A DNA stretch of 64,000 nt from Octopus sinensis (taxonomy: Eukaryota). Both the position numbers and the translations under genes were made by a program. Shown in pieces: positions 1 to 14,849 of the stretch. Positions within the stretch are counted from its first letter, which is position 1, and every line of letters starts with the position of its first letter. The stretch is taken from NCBI RefSeq assembly GCF_006345805.1, contig NC_043002.1, positions 28,458,001 to 28,522,000 on the forward strand, written 5' to 3'. Under the pieces are notes generated by a model that made no database searches, was not told the origin of the DNA, and worked only from the letters and a program-made list of their open reading frames with translations.

Positions 1-242
1 ACAACAACAATAACAACAACAACAACAATAATGATAACAATAAGAAGAATAGCAATAACAATAATAGTTGCGCTTTTCGTACTGATAGAAGATTTAAAAA
101 TTTAGGGAAAAAGAAATAGAGAAATAAAGATGTTACTGATTGTAGTATCAACCATTAAAAGTCATTCTAAACATTTGAAACAACCAACTAATAAGTTTTG
201 AATTTACGAAAACTACACATACACACGTACGCACACATATAA

Positions 243-307
<65 letters not shown>

Positions 308-319
308 CAGATAGATAGA

Positions 320-470
320 TTTCTTTACTACCCACAAGGGGCTAAACACAGAGGGGACAAACAAGGACAGACAAACGGATTAAATCGATTATATCGACCC
401 CAGTGCATAACTGGTACTTAATTTATCGACCCCGAAAGGATGAAAGGCAAAGTCTACCTCGGCGGAATTT
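320..470 (-). mobile_element. tRNA-derived SINE family D (tail type 1), 5'-truncated, followed on its own strand by an (ATCT)n tail
   Basis: Reverse complement matches the body and tail of the fuller copies at 25247-25480 and 43161-43387 (gcctttcatcctttcggggtcgat..aagtaccagttacgcactggggtcgat..ccccttgtggg.agtaaagaaa). Confidence 0.85.
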
Positions 471-475
471 TCTTA

Positions 476-610
476 GAGTACAACAGGGGTCGCCACCACA
501 TCCTGCCGGAGCCTCATGGAGCTTTTAGGTGTTTTCGCTCAATAAACACTCACAACGCCCGGTCTGAGAATCGAAACCGCGATCCGCTGCCCTAACCACT
601 GGGCCATTGC
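476..610 (-). mobile_element. tRNA-derived SINE family B, 5' part only
   Basis: Reverse complement begins gcaatggcccagtggttagggcagcgg and matches the full copies at 22490-22856 and 38925-39306. Confidence 0.85.
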
Positions 611-821
611 AAGATAGATAGATAGATAGATAGATACATACATACATACATACATACATACATACATACATACATACATACATACGTAGGTACACAGATA
701 GAAAGATAGGCAGGCTGACAGGCAGGCAGGCAGGCAGACAACCAAGCAGACAGGCAAGCAGACAGGCAGATAGACAGACAGATAGATAGATAGATAGATA
801 GATATTTAGATAGATAGATAT

Positions 822-1065
822 GTTTCTTTATTAGCCACACAGGGCTGCACACAGACAGGACAAATTACAAGTAGAGCTTTTCTTTTGGGGGTAAAAAAAG
901 GGGGTTTGGTTTTCGATCAAAAGGGATCGTAAAGGGAAAGAAAGAGGACAAAAAAAGGAGGGAATAAAATAAAAAAGTGGGGGAGGAAAAAAAAAGGAAA
1001 GGGATAAAAAATTGATCAATAGGGATCGTTATCACAGAAATGTCAATATCGACCCCGAAAGGATG
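822..1065 (-). mobile_element. SINE D core fragment with an alternative 3' tail (type E)
   Basis: Contains the core catcctttcggggtcgata on the minus strand. The tail ..gtgtggctaataaagaaacatatctatct recurs at 13232-13380. Confidence 0.6.
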
Positions 1066-2320
1066 TCCTCCTCTTTACACTTCAGTGTAAAGAGGAGGAC
1101 AGGTGAGGTTTACCCGTGGAAAGAAAAGCCTACGGAAAAGACCACGGTAACCTCGGTCAATGAAGTCACATGTTATATTTCTTTTTTTTTTTGCAAATAA
1201 GCAACTCTCTGTATTAATTTTTACGGTTCATTGATAAAAAGAGAAACGAACAAGTAATCCGGCGAGAAAAGTTTTGAAAATAACCGTTAACAGATATGGA
1301 TGTATAAACGCCCTCGGGCAAGCTGTGTGGCACGAGTTCACACGCTCATACAAGCATCAGCAAAAATGTGAGCATACGCATACGCGAGGTTTGGTGCACT
1401 CATGATCATAAGGCGAGTTAGTTATTTACTTGTCTAGAAGAACGGGAAGATTAAAAGTAAACGCAAGCCGTCCATACCTTAAAGTATATTCAATTTCATT
1501 AAGTTAACGGTTACTCAAAGTTCATTCTCACTGCATTGCGTAAAAGTACATTTATATGCGTGTAGGCATCTCGATAGTCGTTCAGAGATTCTTTTAAGTA
1601 TTTTCTCATTAGTCCACAGAAATACTCATGGTACAGCCAGCACGATAACAACACCGGTAAATGGAGTTGGGACTGCCTTATATACAAATAAACACGATAA
1701 ATGCTCCTGCAAAGATAAATCAAAATGTCCTTTGATGAATCTCTGTATGAGTACAAATCTTGTATATAACTGTACCATGCACACAAGGGGAGGGCCCTAT
1801 GTTTACATTGGGCAGACAGCTGATTCATTTAAGAATCGCTATCGTAACCATGTTGCCAGCTTTAAGTCAATCAATAACATACATTCAACATCTTTGGCAG
1901 ATTACATATGGCAACTGAAGGAGCGTAAAACGAAGTACAAGATTAACTGTATGCAAAACCATTCAATGTAATTTCCAGGACATGCCGTCTCTACTCCGAA
2001 GAATCCCTGTCTATTCTGTGGACTGACGAGAAGATACTTAAAAGAATTTCTGAACGACCATCGAGATGCCTACATGCATATAAATGTACTTTCGCACAAT
2101 GCAGTGAGAATGAACTTTGAGTAACCATTAACTTAATGTAATTTAATTTACTATAAGGTAAGGATGGTTTAAGTTTACTTTTAACCTCCCCGTTCTTCTG
2201 AACACCAAGTAAATAACTAACTCACCTTGTGATCAAACTTTGCGTGTGCGTATGCTCACATTCTTACTGATGCTTGTATGAGTGTGTATTTGTGCAATCA
2301 GCTTGCTCGAGGGCGTATAT
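1064..2320 (+). mobile_element. Penelope-like element (Neptune-type) remnant: GIY-YIG endonuclease flanked by an inverted copy of its own 3' end
   Basis: About 310-bp imperfect inverted repeat (1304-1621 vs 2014-2320) enclosing an endonuclease-coding fragment. Inverted pseudo-LTR arrangements are typical of PLEs. Confidence 0.8.
1699..2120 (+). pseudogene. Penelope-type GIY-YIG endonuclease domain, frameshifted
   Basis: Translates KCSCKDKSKCPLMNLCMSTNLVYNC..VYIGQTADSFKNRYRNHVASFK..STSLADYIWQLK and, after a frameshift, PFNVISRTCRL..ILWTDEKILKRISERPSRCLH. This is the Cys-rich linker, the GIY-YIG motif and the typical C-terminal CxH. Confidence 0.85.
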
Positions 2321-2429
2321 ATGTATATATACATACATACATATATATATATATATATTATTATATAATTATATTATTCTATTATATTATATTATATTAT
2401 ATTATGAGGAAAAATCAAAACCATGGCAG

Positions 2430-2960
2430 AACAAGCAGCTCAGGTCATTTAGAATAATTTAATTAGGGTAAGGAGAATTCGAAGTCTTACAGCCGTTTCT
2501 AGGATAACCCTAGCGGTAGGTTAGTATGTCCACGCACTGGGTATTCTGTTATGAGAGACAAGGTGTGAATATTTTAGACAGGGAAAAGTTACCGTTTACA
2601 AGGCATAATGTTAATAGTTTATAAGGAATGAAATAGAAGAATAGAGGAGTAAATAGAAGGATATTAGTTGGTATTTCCATGAAGGTACATGTTCTTAGTT
2701 AAAATCCTAGGTAAATTCAGGCGGTATTTTGGCAGTATTTTGAATGATATATTAATATTGTAAACGTGTATATAGAGCGAGAAAGTAAGGATTTGTACCT
2801 TCATGGAAGTAAGGACCTATACCTTCATGGATTTTGGCCTTTCTCATGTTTGTTATGAATGTTCAGCACGTTTTAATTTTCGGTCTATCTTTTCCTCTCT
2901 GGTAGCGTCCATTTGAAAGCTGTTTTAGAATGGCGTTGTTCTGGTTGAATTCTTCCAGAA
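2430..2960 (-). mobile_element. Possible decayed Penelope-like 3' end
   Basis: Minus strand has cctagaaacggctgtaag, resembling the GAAAC half of PLE 3' motifs, and a short open stretch. No diagnostic protein motif was recovered. Confidence 0.3.
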
Positions 2961-3629
2961 AGAGAGAAAGAGAGAGAGGGAGGGAGGCAGACAGAGGTCT
3001 GGAACCTCAGTACAGAACCGTTTTCTTTATTGACACCAAAAAGCTGAACGGCTAAGTTGGCCTGGGGCCATTTACACTAAAAAGCCTGAATAAATGCCCC
3101 ACGGCATTATGTATGCTTATGTATGTATGTATGCATGTATGTATGTATGTATGTATGTATGTATGTATGTATGTATGTATGTATGTATGTATAAAAATTC
3201 ATACATACATAAATACATCTACATATATAAAATAATCTATACATATATGTATATACATACATGCATATACATATACACACACAACATCGCATGGTTTGAT
3301 GTAGAGAAAACCTCAACCAACAAAAGCCAGTAGCATCAATTTGCTGTCAAATGTGCTCAAAAGGATAGGAGAAACTGATACATTAACAATTTGACTTATT
3401 CTACATTACTTAAGGTTTCGTAGGTATAGAACACAATCACTCCTTCAGATGTTCGGTGACAGTCTGACGGGGTGGACGTGTTCTGTACATACAAATCTGT
3501 AAGTAATGGGGAGCTGAATTAAACACATTTGACACATGCAAGTCCACTCAAATATGTCGAGTGTTACTTGGTTCACTCACTCCCATGTGTGTGTGTGTGT
3601 CTGTGTGTGTGTGTATACACATGCACACA

Positions 3630-4848
3630 CACACATGACATAAGTAAATAGACACCTATACAACATCGTTTCATATTCATTTCAAATTGTAAGTGTTTGT
3701 ATTTTTTTTATTAATTGACATTTTTAAGTTTCAGATCCTGTATGTGATTATTTAATTATGCCATGTACAAAAGAAACCTTGGAATGGTCTGAATTTCAAA
3801 GAGGCCGTATTGTGGGTCATTCTGAAGAGGACATAGCCAGAGTAAAAACACAGAAAACCTTGGGATCCCGCTTTCTACAGTTACTAGAGTGATTGTGCAA
3901 TTCACCGGAGAGGGGAAAGCGTCCAAATCATCTCGCCCAGATCAACCAGGGCCCTCTGATATGACCCTTCCCTTTGCTAAGAGAAGTGTGGAGGATAATC
4001 CTCGTTGCAAGGCTTCTGACATAGCAGAACAAGTTGATGTCAGTCCTAGAACAGCTGTCAGATATCTCCACAAACTTGGTTAGTATGGAAGAGCAGCAAG
4101 AAGGAAGCCACTTCTTCGACCAACCAACATCAAGCGTAGAAAAGATTGGGCCAGTCAGATGGTGGAGAGGCCACTAGCATTTTGGGACTTTGATGATTCC
4201 AGATTTGCAGTGGTTGAGTGTGGGTCTGGAGACTCTGTGATCAAGAATTTGACATGAAAAGATTGCAGCCAACTATGAAACACAGCAGCTGTTCTGTGAT
4301 GATCTGGGGAGTAATTTGGAGCAATGGTTGATCAGAGCTGGTGGAGAGTGAGGGAAACATAAACTCAGATATGTGTCCATATTGCAGAAAGAACTCCTTC
4401 CAATCTTCTCCAGTGGTGAAATGATTAAAGAAGACTCTTTATTTATGGAAGATGGGGCTCCTTGGTACACGGCTAAAATGACCCAAGATTTGTTGGATAT
4501 AAATTGCATTAAAAAGCTTCCAGGCTCAAGCCAGTCACCAGATATGAGCCCTATTGAAAACCTCTGAGACTCAATGGACAGGACACTTCATAAAAAGAAG
4601 AAGAAAACATCTTCAAAGCCAGATCTTTTGAGGTTACTGCATGAACCTTGTCAAGAAATTCCGCAAGAGAATATTCGTCATCTGATTAGTAACATACATA
4701 ATAGGGTCCTTGCATTGAAAAATATAAAGGGCATGTCTACAAAATATTAAATATTCACATTATAACAATAAATAATTTGAATGTATAATTTCAGATTTAA
4801 ATAAATTTTAATGATTATAAGGGTGTTTATTTACTTCTGTCATGTCTG
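3630..4848 (+). mobile_element. Tc1-family DNA transposon, decayed
   Basis: Imperfect ~30-bp TIRs (cacacatgacataagtaaatagacacc at 3630-3657; gggtgtttatttacttctgtcatgtctg at 4821-4848, followed by TA) around transposase remnants. Confidence 0.9.
3778..4750 (+). pseudogene. Tc1-like DD(E) transposase pseudogene
   Basis: Pieces read [76 protein letters not shown], with several stops and frameshifts. Confidence 0.9.
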
Positions 4849-4867
4849 TATATATATGTATATATAA

Positions 4868-5268
4868 CTAGCAGTATCGCCCGGCGTTGCTCGGGTTTGT
4901 AAGGGAAATAACTATATAAGCATTTTTAGAGATGTAAAGTATAATATCCATCTCAATATGGCTAACCACAAAGGGGGGTGTTACTGTAGATTTTTTTACG
5001 TTCTGAGATTTAATAATACATTTTTAGAGAGTTTCTTCCCTTATATAAACCGAGCGAAAATGCATTAAAAATACGAGAAAATTATGGTAAATTTTTTTTT
5101 TAATCGTAGACTCATCGTAGACGCGCGCTAATATCCAGAAGGGCTCGATATGAATCACGACTATAAGATATCCGCTTTTGGTTAAACTGCACTGCAAAAT
5201 GTGGGAGTAGTTAGGAATGTAAATCGTAGGAGACAGACACCACACAACCTCACTTTTATATATATAGA
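4868..5268 (-). mobile_element. Non-autonomous Helitron (~400 bp)
   Basis: On the minus strand it starts TCTATATATATAAAAG and ends with the hairpin cccg-agcaacgc-cggg followed by ..ctgCTAG. It is inserted between A and T with no TSD. Confidence 0.85.
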
Positions 5269-5562
5269 TAACTGTAGTTTAATAGTTATGAAATGATGAG
5301 CAAACGTAGGAGAAATTAAAATAACAAGTTTATATGACTAGTCTCTACGTACCTTTTACCATTATTTTTGCATTGGGTGTTCAAAGTACATTTTGATACT
5401 TAACCAGAAAGGATCATTACTGTAACTTGATGCAATAAACTGATCCCTCATAATCCGTTCTGACTCTCTGACTCATCCCAATGCAGTTGGAACACTCAGT
5501 GCGAGATTCCAAGTATCCATAATGGAACTGATGATATAAACTTATCTTAATTGCTCATATAT

Positions 5563-5960
5563 GGCGCAGGAGTGGCTGTATGGTAAGAAGCAGCTTCACA
5601 ATTTCATGGTTACGGGTTCAGTCTCACTGCGTGGCAACTTGCACAAGTGTCCTCTACTATATCCTCGAGCCAACCAAAGCCTTGTTAGTAGGTTTGGTAG
5701 ATGGAAATTGAAAGAAACCCGTCTTAGAAAAATGTATGTATATCTATGTGTGTGTCTTTGTGTCTGTGGTTGTGCCCCAATCGCTGATTGACAACCGGCG
5801 TTGGTGAGTTTATGTCCCTGTAATCTAGCGCTTCGGCAAAAGAGACTGATACAATAAGTGTCAGGCTTTAAAAAATGTCATGGGGTCGATTCATTCGACT
5901 AAAATTCTTCAAGAGGTGATGCCTCAGCATGGCTGTAATCTGGTGAATAAAACATATAAA
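5563..5960 (+). mobile_element. tRNA-derived SINE family C (CORE-like centre), diverged
   Basis: Aligns by eye along its length with the better-preserved copy at 41231-41636. Confidence 0.8.
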
Positions 5961-6257
5961 GGGAAACATATATATATATATATATATCGCCGAGAAAGAA
6001 GCAACAAGAATGGATAAGTTTTTAGTACAATCGTTTCATACAAAGACAGGCTTTATTAAAAGTTGCAAAAATTGCAGCATATAAACGTGTCCCGTACTCA
6101 TCAGCTAAAATACATGTGAGTTCTCTAGACATCTTAGTGGTTGAGGCTATACTCATGAAGTAATGTAGATAATTAAGTAACATAAACAGATTTCCAAAGT
6201 TCATTAAAGTTCTTTAAAGATGATGTACAGTCTTATCACAGATTTTTAAAAAGGTTT

Positions 6258-6555
6258 TAATAGCATCACAGAGAAGGTGACTTAATCCATAGTGTACATA
6301 TGAATTTCCAGAGATATGAGGAGGATTACATACTCACAGACGACAATTTATCCATGGCTAATCACAACGAGGTGGGTCTCAATTCCTGCTTATTAGCATT
6401 ACAGAGAGGGTGAATTAATCCTTTGTATAGATGCACAATTTCCAATGGTGTAGATGTAAATTTCCAGAGAAATGAAGAGGAATTTCATATTCACAGACGA
6501 TAAATTTATCAATGGTTGAACACAATGAGGTAGGTATCAATTCTTGCTATATGAT
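6258..6555. repeat. Diverged tandem duplication of a ~140-160 bp unit
   Basis: aatttccagagatatgaggaggattacatactcacagacgac..cacaacgaggtgggtctcaattcctgct recurs as aaatttccagagaaatgaagaggaatttcatattcacagacga..cacaatgaggtaggtatcaattcttgct. Confidence 0.75.
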
Positions 6556-6649
6556 TAGGTATTTGCCACGTTAATCACATTACTGCTATTTTCAAGAGAC
6601 TGTAGCTATTTAACTTTTAAAGGCTGAAGGGCTTTCTAGAGAGGCAAAG

Positions 6650-6842
6650 AACAGAAAGGGAAGGAAAGAGAGGAAAAGAGAGAAAATAAAGGAGGAGGGA
6701 GCAAAAAGGGGGGGAGACTAAAAGAGAAGAGAAAAGGAAAAAGAAAAAAAGCAAAAAGAGAATAAGAAGAGGAAAAAGAAAAAAGAGAAAAGAGGAAGAA
6801 AAGAAAGAGGGAAAGAAGGGAGAAGAGAAAAAGAAAAAGAGG
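6650..6842. repeat. Polypurine (A/G) low-complexity tract
   Basis: About 190 bp almost entirely A and G on the plus strand. Confidence 0.9.
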
Positions 6843-7100
6843 GTTCTAGTTATACAGAAGAATTAGTAGACGGCAAGTCTGGTTTTAATTTGCAGGCATC
6901 TAGGAACTAGAGGAGAATATTATTCCTTGACCAGTAAAACAGCTAATTTATATATATATATAAGTATGTGAATGAATTATCCTAGTATTGATAATTCGGT
7001 TAATCGATACCTGGGTAGCAAATTCACGTCAGAAAACACGGTTGAAGCTACATGCCAAGGGTAGAAACCCCGTGTTCTTGTGTGGTAATTTGTGTATTAT

Positions 7101-7230
7101 TTAAAATGAGTAAAAGAATGGAGTCGAACGAAGATTTTAAAACAATTCCTTTAATTCTTCGAAACATGTGTTGAAAGTAAAGGAATTGTGTTAAAATCTT
7201 CGTTCGACTCCATTCTTTTATTCATTTTAA
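7101..7230. repeat. Near-perfect palindrome (~52-bp arms, ~25-bp loop)
   Basis: ttaaaatgagtaaaagaatggagtcgaacgaagattttaaaacaattccttta pairs with taaaggaattgtgttaaaatcttcgttcgactccattcttttattcattttaa. Confidence 0.9.
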
Positions 7231-11710
<4,480 letters not shown>

Positions 11711-12140
11711 TATAGAAAGTTAGACAATTAGAGCTACTTTCGCTGGATAGTTAGGAAATTCGTTTTGTAATCCCGATTTGACCCCATGGTGTTGTTTATT
11801 TGACCTTCCAAGTTTCTAAACCCACCCAAATTTCCATGAATTTCTCCCCATGAAACAATCTAGGTTTCATTCCATTTAGACAATTTACTTTCCTATAGAC
11901 AAATAATACCTATCGAAAGAAATAAAATTCAGAACGAATATAAATTCATAGCAAATATGACCCGTACTGAAAAGAATGTACATTTGTTCATCGGCAATAC
12001 CTTTAAATCCGGCTGCATATGATGCATGCAGAGCCCAGAGATGTGTGATGGATCTCCTACTTCAAAATATGCATGGTTCTTAAAAATCCGTACAGAAAAC
12101 AACCTTTAATAAAATGGAACGATATTGAATTCTAATTTTG

Positions 12141-12325
12141 GCACAAGGCTAGCAGTTTTTTTATGGATAGCAAGGTCCATTACATCGATCCCAGAACTTC
12201 ACTGCTACTTATCATTTCGCACCCAAATGGATGAAAGTCGACCTCGGCGGAATAAAAACGTAAAGATGGTCCAAATGTCGCTAAACATATTGCCCGGTGC
12301 TCTAACGATTCTGCCAACTCAACCT
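12141..12325 (-). mobile_element. SINE D (tail type 2), degraded
   Basis: Remnants gtcgacctcggcggaa..gctaaacat..ctaacgattctgccaactc match the head and core of family D in reverse. Confidence 0.65.
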
Positions 12326-12552
12326 TATGTAATGGAATAATACTTCAAAGACAACGGGATACAATGACCGCAGCAGCTACTGTCAACTTATGTGCAACTG
12401 AATAACTCAACATCCTTACCCTACCACATTACGTGATTATCAGGAGAAAACAAGACTCCATCGTACTTATATTGAAAGAACCACAGACTTAATCATTCCA
12501 GGAGTCCGAAGTTTTAGGGATTCACACAGACAGACATACATATATATACACG

Positions 12553-12595
<43 letters not shown>

Positions 12596-13142
12596 TGTGT
12601 GTGTGTGTGTGTGTGTATATGTATGTATGTATATATACATCCATATATATAGATCTATATATATACATCTATATAAAGATGGCTTGTTTGTCAAGTCATC
12701 TTTCTGTTCACCTACTTTCACGTATGTATATACGTGCATATGTGTAGTGTGTTTGGGTGTGTGTATACATATAGCTGTGTGCTATGTTTTACACAAAAAA
12801 GAAAAACTATAATTGTCACTAAATATGACTATGGTGTCAGAACACCTACATTGCTAGAAATAAGACCTAAAAAGCTTTAATGCTGCACTTAAAGCACATG
12901 ATTGTATACATATGTATGTACTGACATGGACTGTAATCGCCCGAAAGCACCGGTCGAGAATTCCCTATACTAATCGGTCAATTTCGGCTAAATCCGTAGT
13001 CTTATCGGTGGGGACCGCTCAACTCGGCTCATTCTGGATTTAATTCTCTGTCAGTACATATGTATTCACCATATAAATCCATGGATGATTTAGCGGATCG
13101 ATAATTTGTATACAAAATATTAATATAGACAGCCGTGTGCAA

Positions 13143-13231
<89 letters not shown>

Positions 13232-13233
<2 letters not shown>

Positions 13234-13380
13234 TGTTTCTTTATTAGCCGCATAGGGCTGCTCACAGACGGAACAGATTACAAAGTAGTGCTTTTCTTTT
13301 TTGGGGAAAGAAAGAAAGAAAAATAAAGGTGGGGTAAGTTTTCGATCAAAAGTGATTGTAAAAGGGAAAGAAACGTACAA
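13232..13380 (-). mobile_element. Type-E SINE tail fragment next to an (ATAG)n array
   Basis: Similar to 822-930 (atgtttctttattagcc.ca.agggctgc.cacagac). Confidence 0.6.
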
Positions 13381-13474
13381 GCAGAAAAAGTTCCACTAAG
13401 TTCATATGCTTTTATTGGAGTTTTTTTTCTCATATCTATCTGTATTACTGATTTTAATAAAGATTTCTGGCTTA

Positions 13475-13597
13475 AAGAAGAAGAAGAAGAAGAAGAAGAA
13501 GAAGAAGAAGAAGAAGAAGAAGAAGAAGAAGAAGAAGAAGAAGAAGAAGAAGAAGAAGAAGAAGAAGAAGAAGAAGAAGAAGAAGAAGAAGAAGAAG
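13475..13597. repeat. Pure (AAG)n tract, about 41 units
   Basis: Uninterrupted run read directly from the sequence. Confidence 0.95.
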
Positions 13598-14451
13598 CAT
13601 GGATAGAAAAGGAAATGTACGGTCAGTTTACAAGAGATGTGAACTCCAAGACAAATAAAGAGGACCGGTAGCTATGGATGAGGAGCAGTGACCTGAAGAT
13701 AGAGACAAAAGCACTCATATGTGCAGCTCAGGAACAAGCGTTAAGGACCAAGTATATGAAGTGCAGAATAGAAAACACTATCGATAGCAACAAATGCAGA
13801 ATGCGTGGTGAGAGGGGTAAAAAGGTATGCCACATCGTTGCGAATGCCCAAAATTGGCACAACGCGAATACAAAAGACACCATGACAATGTGGCAAGAAT
13901 GATCCATTGGGAGCTCTGTGAAAATCACGGCCTACAAAGAGCAAAGACGTGGTATGAGCAAACTCCAGAAGGAGTCACCGAAATTGATAATTGCAAAATC
14001 CTGTGGGATGAAATGATCCAATGCGATCACCTGACCAAACATCGGAAACCGGACATTATTGTGGTAAATAAAACAGAAAGAACGTTTATGATAATCGACA
14101 TAGCATGCCCCGGTGACCATGGGATCAGTGTGAAAGAAGAAGAAAAAATAAACAACTATGACGATCTGAAGTAAGAAATTCAAATGTTGTGATCAATGAA
14201 GCGAGTAGGCGTGATACTAATAGTAATTGGTGCACTTGGAAGTATCATCACTCAACTACCAGCATTGCTGAAAAAGATCCGTACAAGTGTGAAAGTAGAA
14301 CATCTACAAAAATCAGTATTGCTTCGAACTGCAAGAATTCTTCGCAGGGTTCTTGAAGCATGACCATTAAACAAGTGTCACCACTAGTCTGCTGGCTGTG
14401 AACAGATGACACATTCCATCATACCCAGCAAAATAAGCTGTGAGTTTTCAC

Positions 14452-14452
<1 letters not shown>
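13596..14452 (+). mobile_element. 5'-truncated R4/Dong-clade non-LTR retrotransposon (CCHC knuckle + REL endonuclease), (AAT)n tail to ~14600
   Basis: Reads WIEKEMYGQF..LKIETKALICAAQEQAL..CRM..HIV/ECPKLAQREYKRHHD..ILWD..RKPDIIVV..IIDIACPGD..K..Y..L..IVIGALG..ARILRRVLEA*, then a short 3' UTR and a (TAA)n tail. Confidence 0.9.
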
Positions 14453-14494
<42 letters not shown>

Positions 14495-14513
14495 CAACAA
14501 CAACAACACCAAC

Positions 14514-14570
<57 letters not shown>

Positions 14571-14849
14571 TAATAATAATAATAATAAATAATAATAATA
14601 AATGAAGCACACACACACCTCACCAGCACAAAAAGTGCAGCAAGTAATGCAATAGAGAGTTACTTCAAACTATCAGATGTCAAAAAGTAATAGTGGTGAT
14701 GACGATGGTAACGGAAGTCACTTAGTTTGTGAGAGGCAGAAGTTTGCGAAGAAACTCTGGTTGTGACAGCGAAAATGAGATTGGAGCGAAAGAGAAGGCC
14801 TCTCACTCTTCAGTGGTTCAGTAAAGATACATAATTACCCCAGCTGTTA

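Noticed and set aside
2020-2060. ctgacga..tctgaacgac as a hammerhead core
   Set aside because: This stretch encodes the GIY-YIG C-terminus (LWTDEKILKRISER), and both inverted copies lack GAAA.
13406-13606. Poly-Lys ORF
   Set aside because: It is the (AAG)n tract read in frame.
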